From: a phage
Sequence record: PX418213.1
Reading direction: 5' to 3' (one strand)
Length of the DNA: 64,000 bases
Position numbers and translations under genes: made by a program. The notes under the pieces were generated by a model that saw only the letters and a program-made list of their open reading frames with translations, searched no databases and was not told where the DNA came from. Shown piece after piece: positions 62,801-64,000 of this stretch; positions within the stretch are counted from its first letter, which is position 1, and each line of letters opens with the position of its first letter.

Positions 62801-62831
62801 AGATTCATAAATTTGAGAGAGGAGTTTAAAT

Positions 62832-63536
62832 ATGGCTGGTTCTCGCAGAAAGAAACATATCCATGAAATCCCTGATGAAGTCTTTAAAAAGGTTATAGAG
62901 CATCTGGAGAACGGTGGTACTAAGAAAGCAGCATGTGAAATGCTCGGCGTATCATCCAATCCAACTATGGAAAGGATGATTGAGGAGTGGCAAGACCGCC
63001 AGATCCAAGTTGCCGAAATGAAGAAAAAGAAACGCGGCACACTTATTGAAGGCATTGAGTTAGCTAACGTTATTGAGCAGTATTTATCTGGTGATTCTTT
63101 CGAAGAAATTGCCGATCGTAATTACCGCTCTGTAGCAATGGTTAAATCTGTTCTGGAACGATATGGTGCTCTACTTCGTTTGAACGATATTGTAGATCCA
63201 TTGAATCCTCCAATTATTCCTGATGATGCTGTAGCAGAAGAATTTGCAGTTGGTGAGCTTGTTTGGGTTCCTGGATACCAGTGTATTGGTGAAATCAAAA
63301 AAGCAATGGATAATCCTGTTGGTTGCTATCGTGTATGGCTTCTATCAGAAGGCAAACAACAGAACGTCCATTATATGAATTACGAGCTGGCTTCTGTTAA
63401 ACATCTGGAAAAATTAGGGGTTGACGTAAAATCTCTAGGGTACAAGTGGACTCGTGAAGAAGTAATTTCATTAATTAATGAAGCTGTTAAGGCTGCCTTG
63501 AAACTTGATAAAGAAAAAGGAAAACGCCGTGAGTAA
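62832..63536 (+). CDS. hypothetical protein with HTH-like segment
   Basis: 234 aa; GGTKKAACEMLGVSSNPTMERMIEEW. Confidence 0.55.
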   Translation: MAGSRRKKHIHEIPDEVFKKVIEHLENGGTKKAACEMLGVSSNPTMERMIEEWQDRQIQVAEMKKKKRGTLIEGIELANVIEQYLSGDSFEEIADRNYRSVAMVKSVLERYGALLRLNDIVDPLNPPIIPDDAVAEEFAVGELVWVPGYQCIGEIKKAMDNPVGCYRVWLLSEGKQQNVHYMNYELASVKHLEKLGVDVKSLGYKWTREEVISLINEAVKAALKLDKEKGKRRE

Positions 63537-63780
63537 GCTAACAGATTTGCTTAAAGATGGGGAAGTAAAAACTCTGTATCGTAGAAGCTGGGATAATGAT
63601 AATAATGGCTTAGTATTACTAACTCTAGATGCTGACTCAGATGTAGTTACCCAACATACCTGGGTAGCTGGTAATTATCCCTATAGTGAGGTTGTTACGT
63701 TAACAGTATGCGAAGCTATTGCCGACGATTGGGAGGTTGCCAGCATCGATGATATGCTCGCTGTTGGCCTGGTGGAGTAA
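63505..63780 (+). CDS. hypothetical protein
   Basis: 91-aa ORF. Confidence 0.45.
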   Translation: MIKKKENAVSKLTDLLKDGEVKTLYRRSWDNDNNGLVLLTLDADSDVVTQHTWVAGNYPYSEVVTLTVCEAIADDWEVASIDDMLAVGLVE

Positions 63781-63797
63781 CTACAGAAAAATTTCAG

Positions 63798-63826
63798 TTG
63801 CTTAATCCTATAATTCTTGATATAAT
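63798..63826 (+). promoter_or_regulatory. sigma70-type promoter
   Basis: TTGCTT, 17-bp spacer, TATAAT. Confidence 0.55.
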
Positions 63827-63883
63827 ATTCTCATAGTTTGAAAGAACTATTCTGTTTAATTCTTAATTAAGGAAATATAAAAT

Positions 63884-64000
63884 ATGACTACTCCAACTCA
63901 GTGGACTGATGAACTGTTCGAAAAAATGTCTTCCGAATACGTTGCTCGTATGGAGCAATTCCCAGAGGATGAACGTCCGGGTGTTAGCATGGAAATTGTT
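63884..64000 (+). CDS. hypothetical protein (5' partial, runs off window)
   Basis: ATG 63884 behind AAGGAAA RBS; MTTPTQWTDELFEKMSSEYVARMEQ... Confidence 0.4.
   Translation, partial: MTTPTQWTDELFEKMSSEYVARMEQFPEDERPGVSMEIV

Overview
AT-rich window that reads as the left ~64 kb of a T5-like (Tequintavirus-type) lytic phage genome; that assignment is an inference from gene content and order, not from a database search. Layout: (1) 1-4.9 kb, minus-strand pre-early-like genes (HAD-family dmp-like phosphatase, A1-like metallophosphoesterase); (2) 5.0-10.3 kb, repeat-dense region with DnaA-box-like motifs, a ~3.4 kb plus-strand gene block bounded by ~130-bp inverted repeats, and arrays of short repeats resembling a cis-acting injection-stop/terminal-repeat boundary; (3) 10.3-26.3 kb, minus-strand early genes (phosphatases, thioredoxin-like, holin, endolysin, ClpP-like, dNMP kinase, spanin pair, GrcA-like glycyl-radical protein), each preceded by a near-identical strong sigma70-type promoter (TTGCTT/A, 17-bp spacer, TATAAT); (4) 26.3-40.2 kb, about 26 minus-strand tRNA genes plus several tRNA-like or degenerate elements and structured non-coding stretches, interspersed with small CDSs; (5) 36.2-37.9 kb, a plus-strand three-gene low-complexity module embedded in the tRNA region; (6) 38-53 kb, minus-strand SPFH, YqeY-like, SleB-like, DEDD exonuclease, NADAR, RNase H, ThyA, DHFR, NrdB, NrdA, PhoH; (7) 53-64 kb, plus-strand NrdD, Sir2-like, HAD-like, tandem paralogs, a primase-helicase-like protein and an HNH endonuclease. 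Most worth following up: the three-gene glycine-zipper/poly-Q/Cys-doublet module, the Zn-less Sir2 and NADAR genes, the phage GrcA paired with NrdD, the inverted-repeat-bounded cassette, and the non-canonical tRNAs and tRNA-like RNAs. All coordinates were derived by hand; tRNA anticodons and small-CDS boundaries are approximate.
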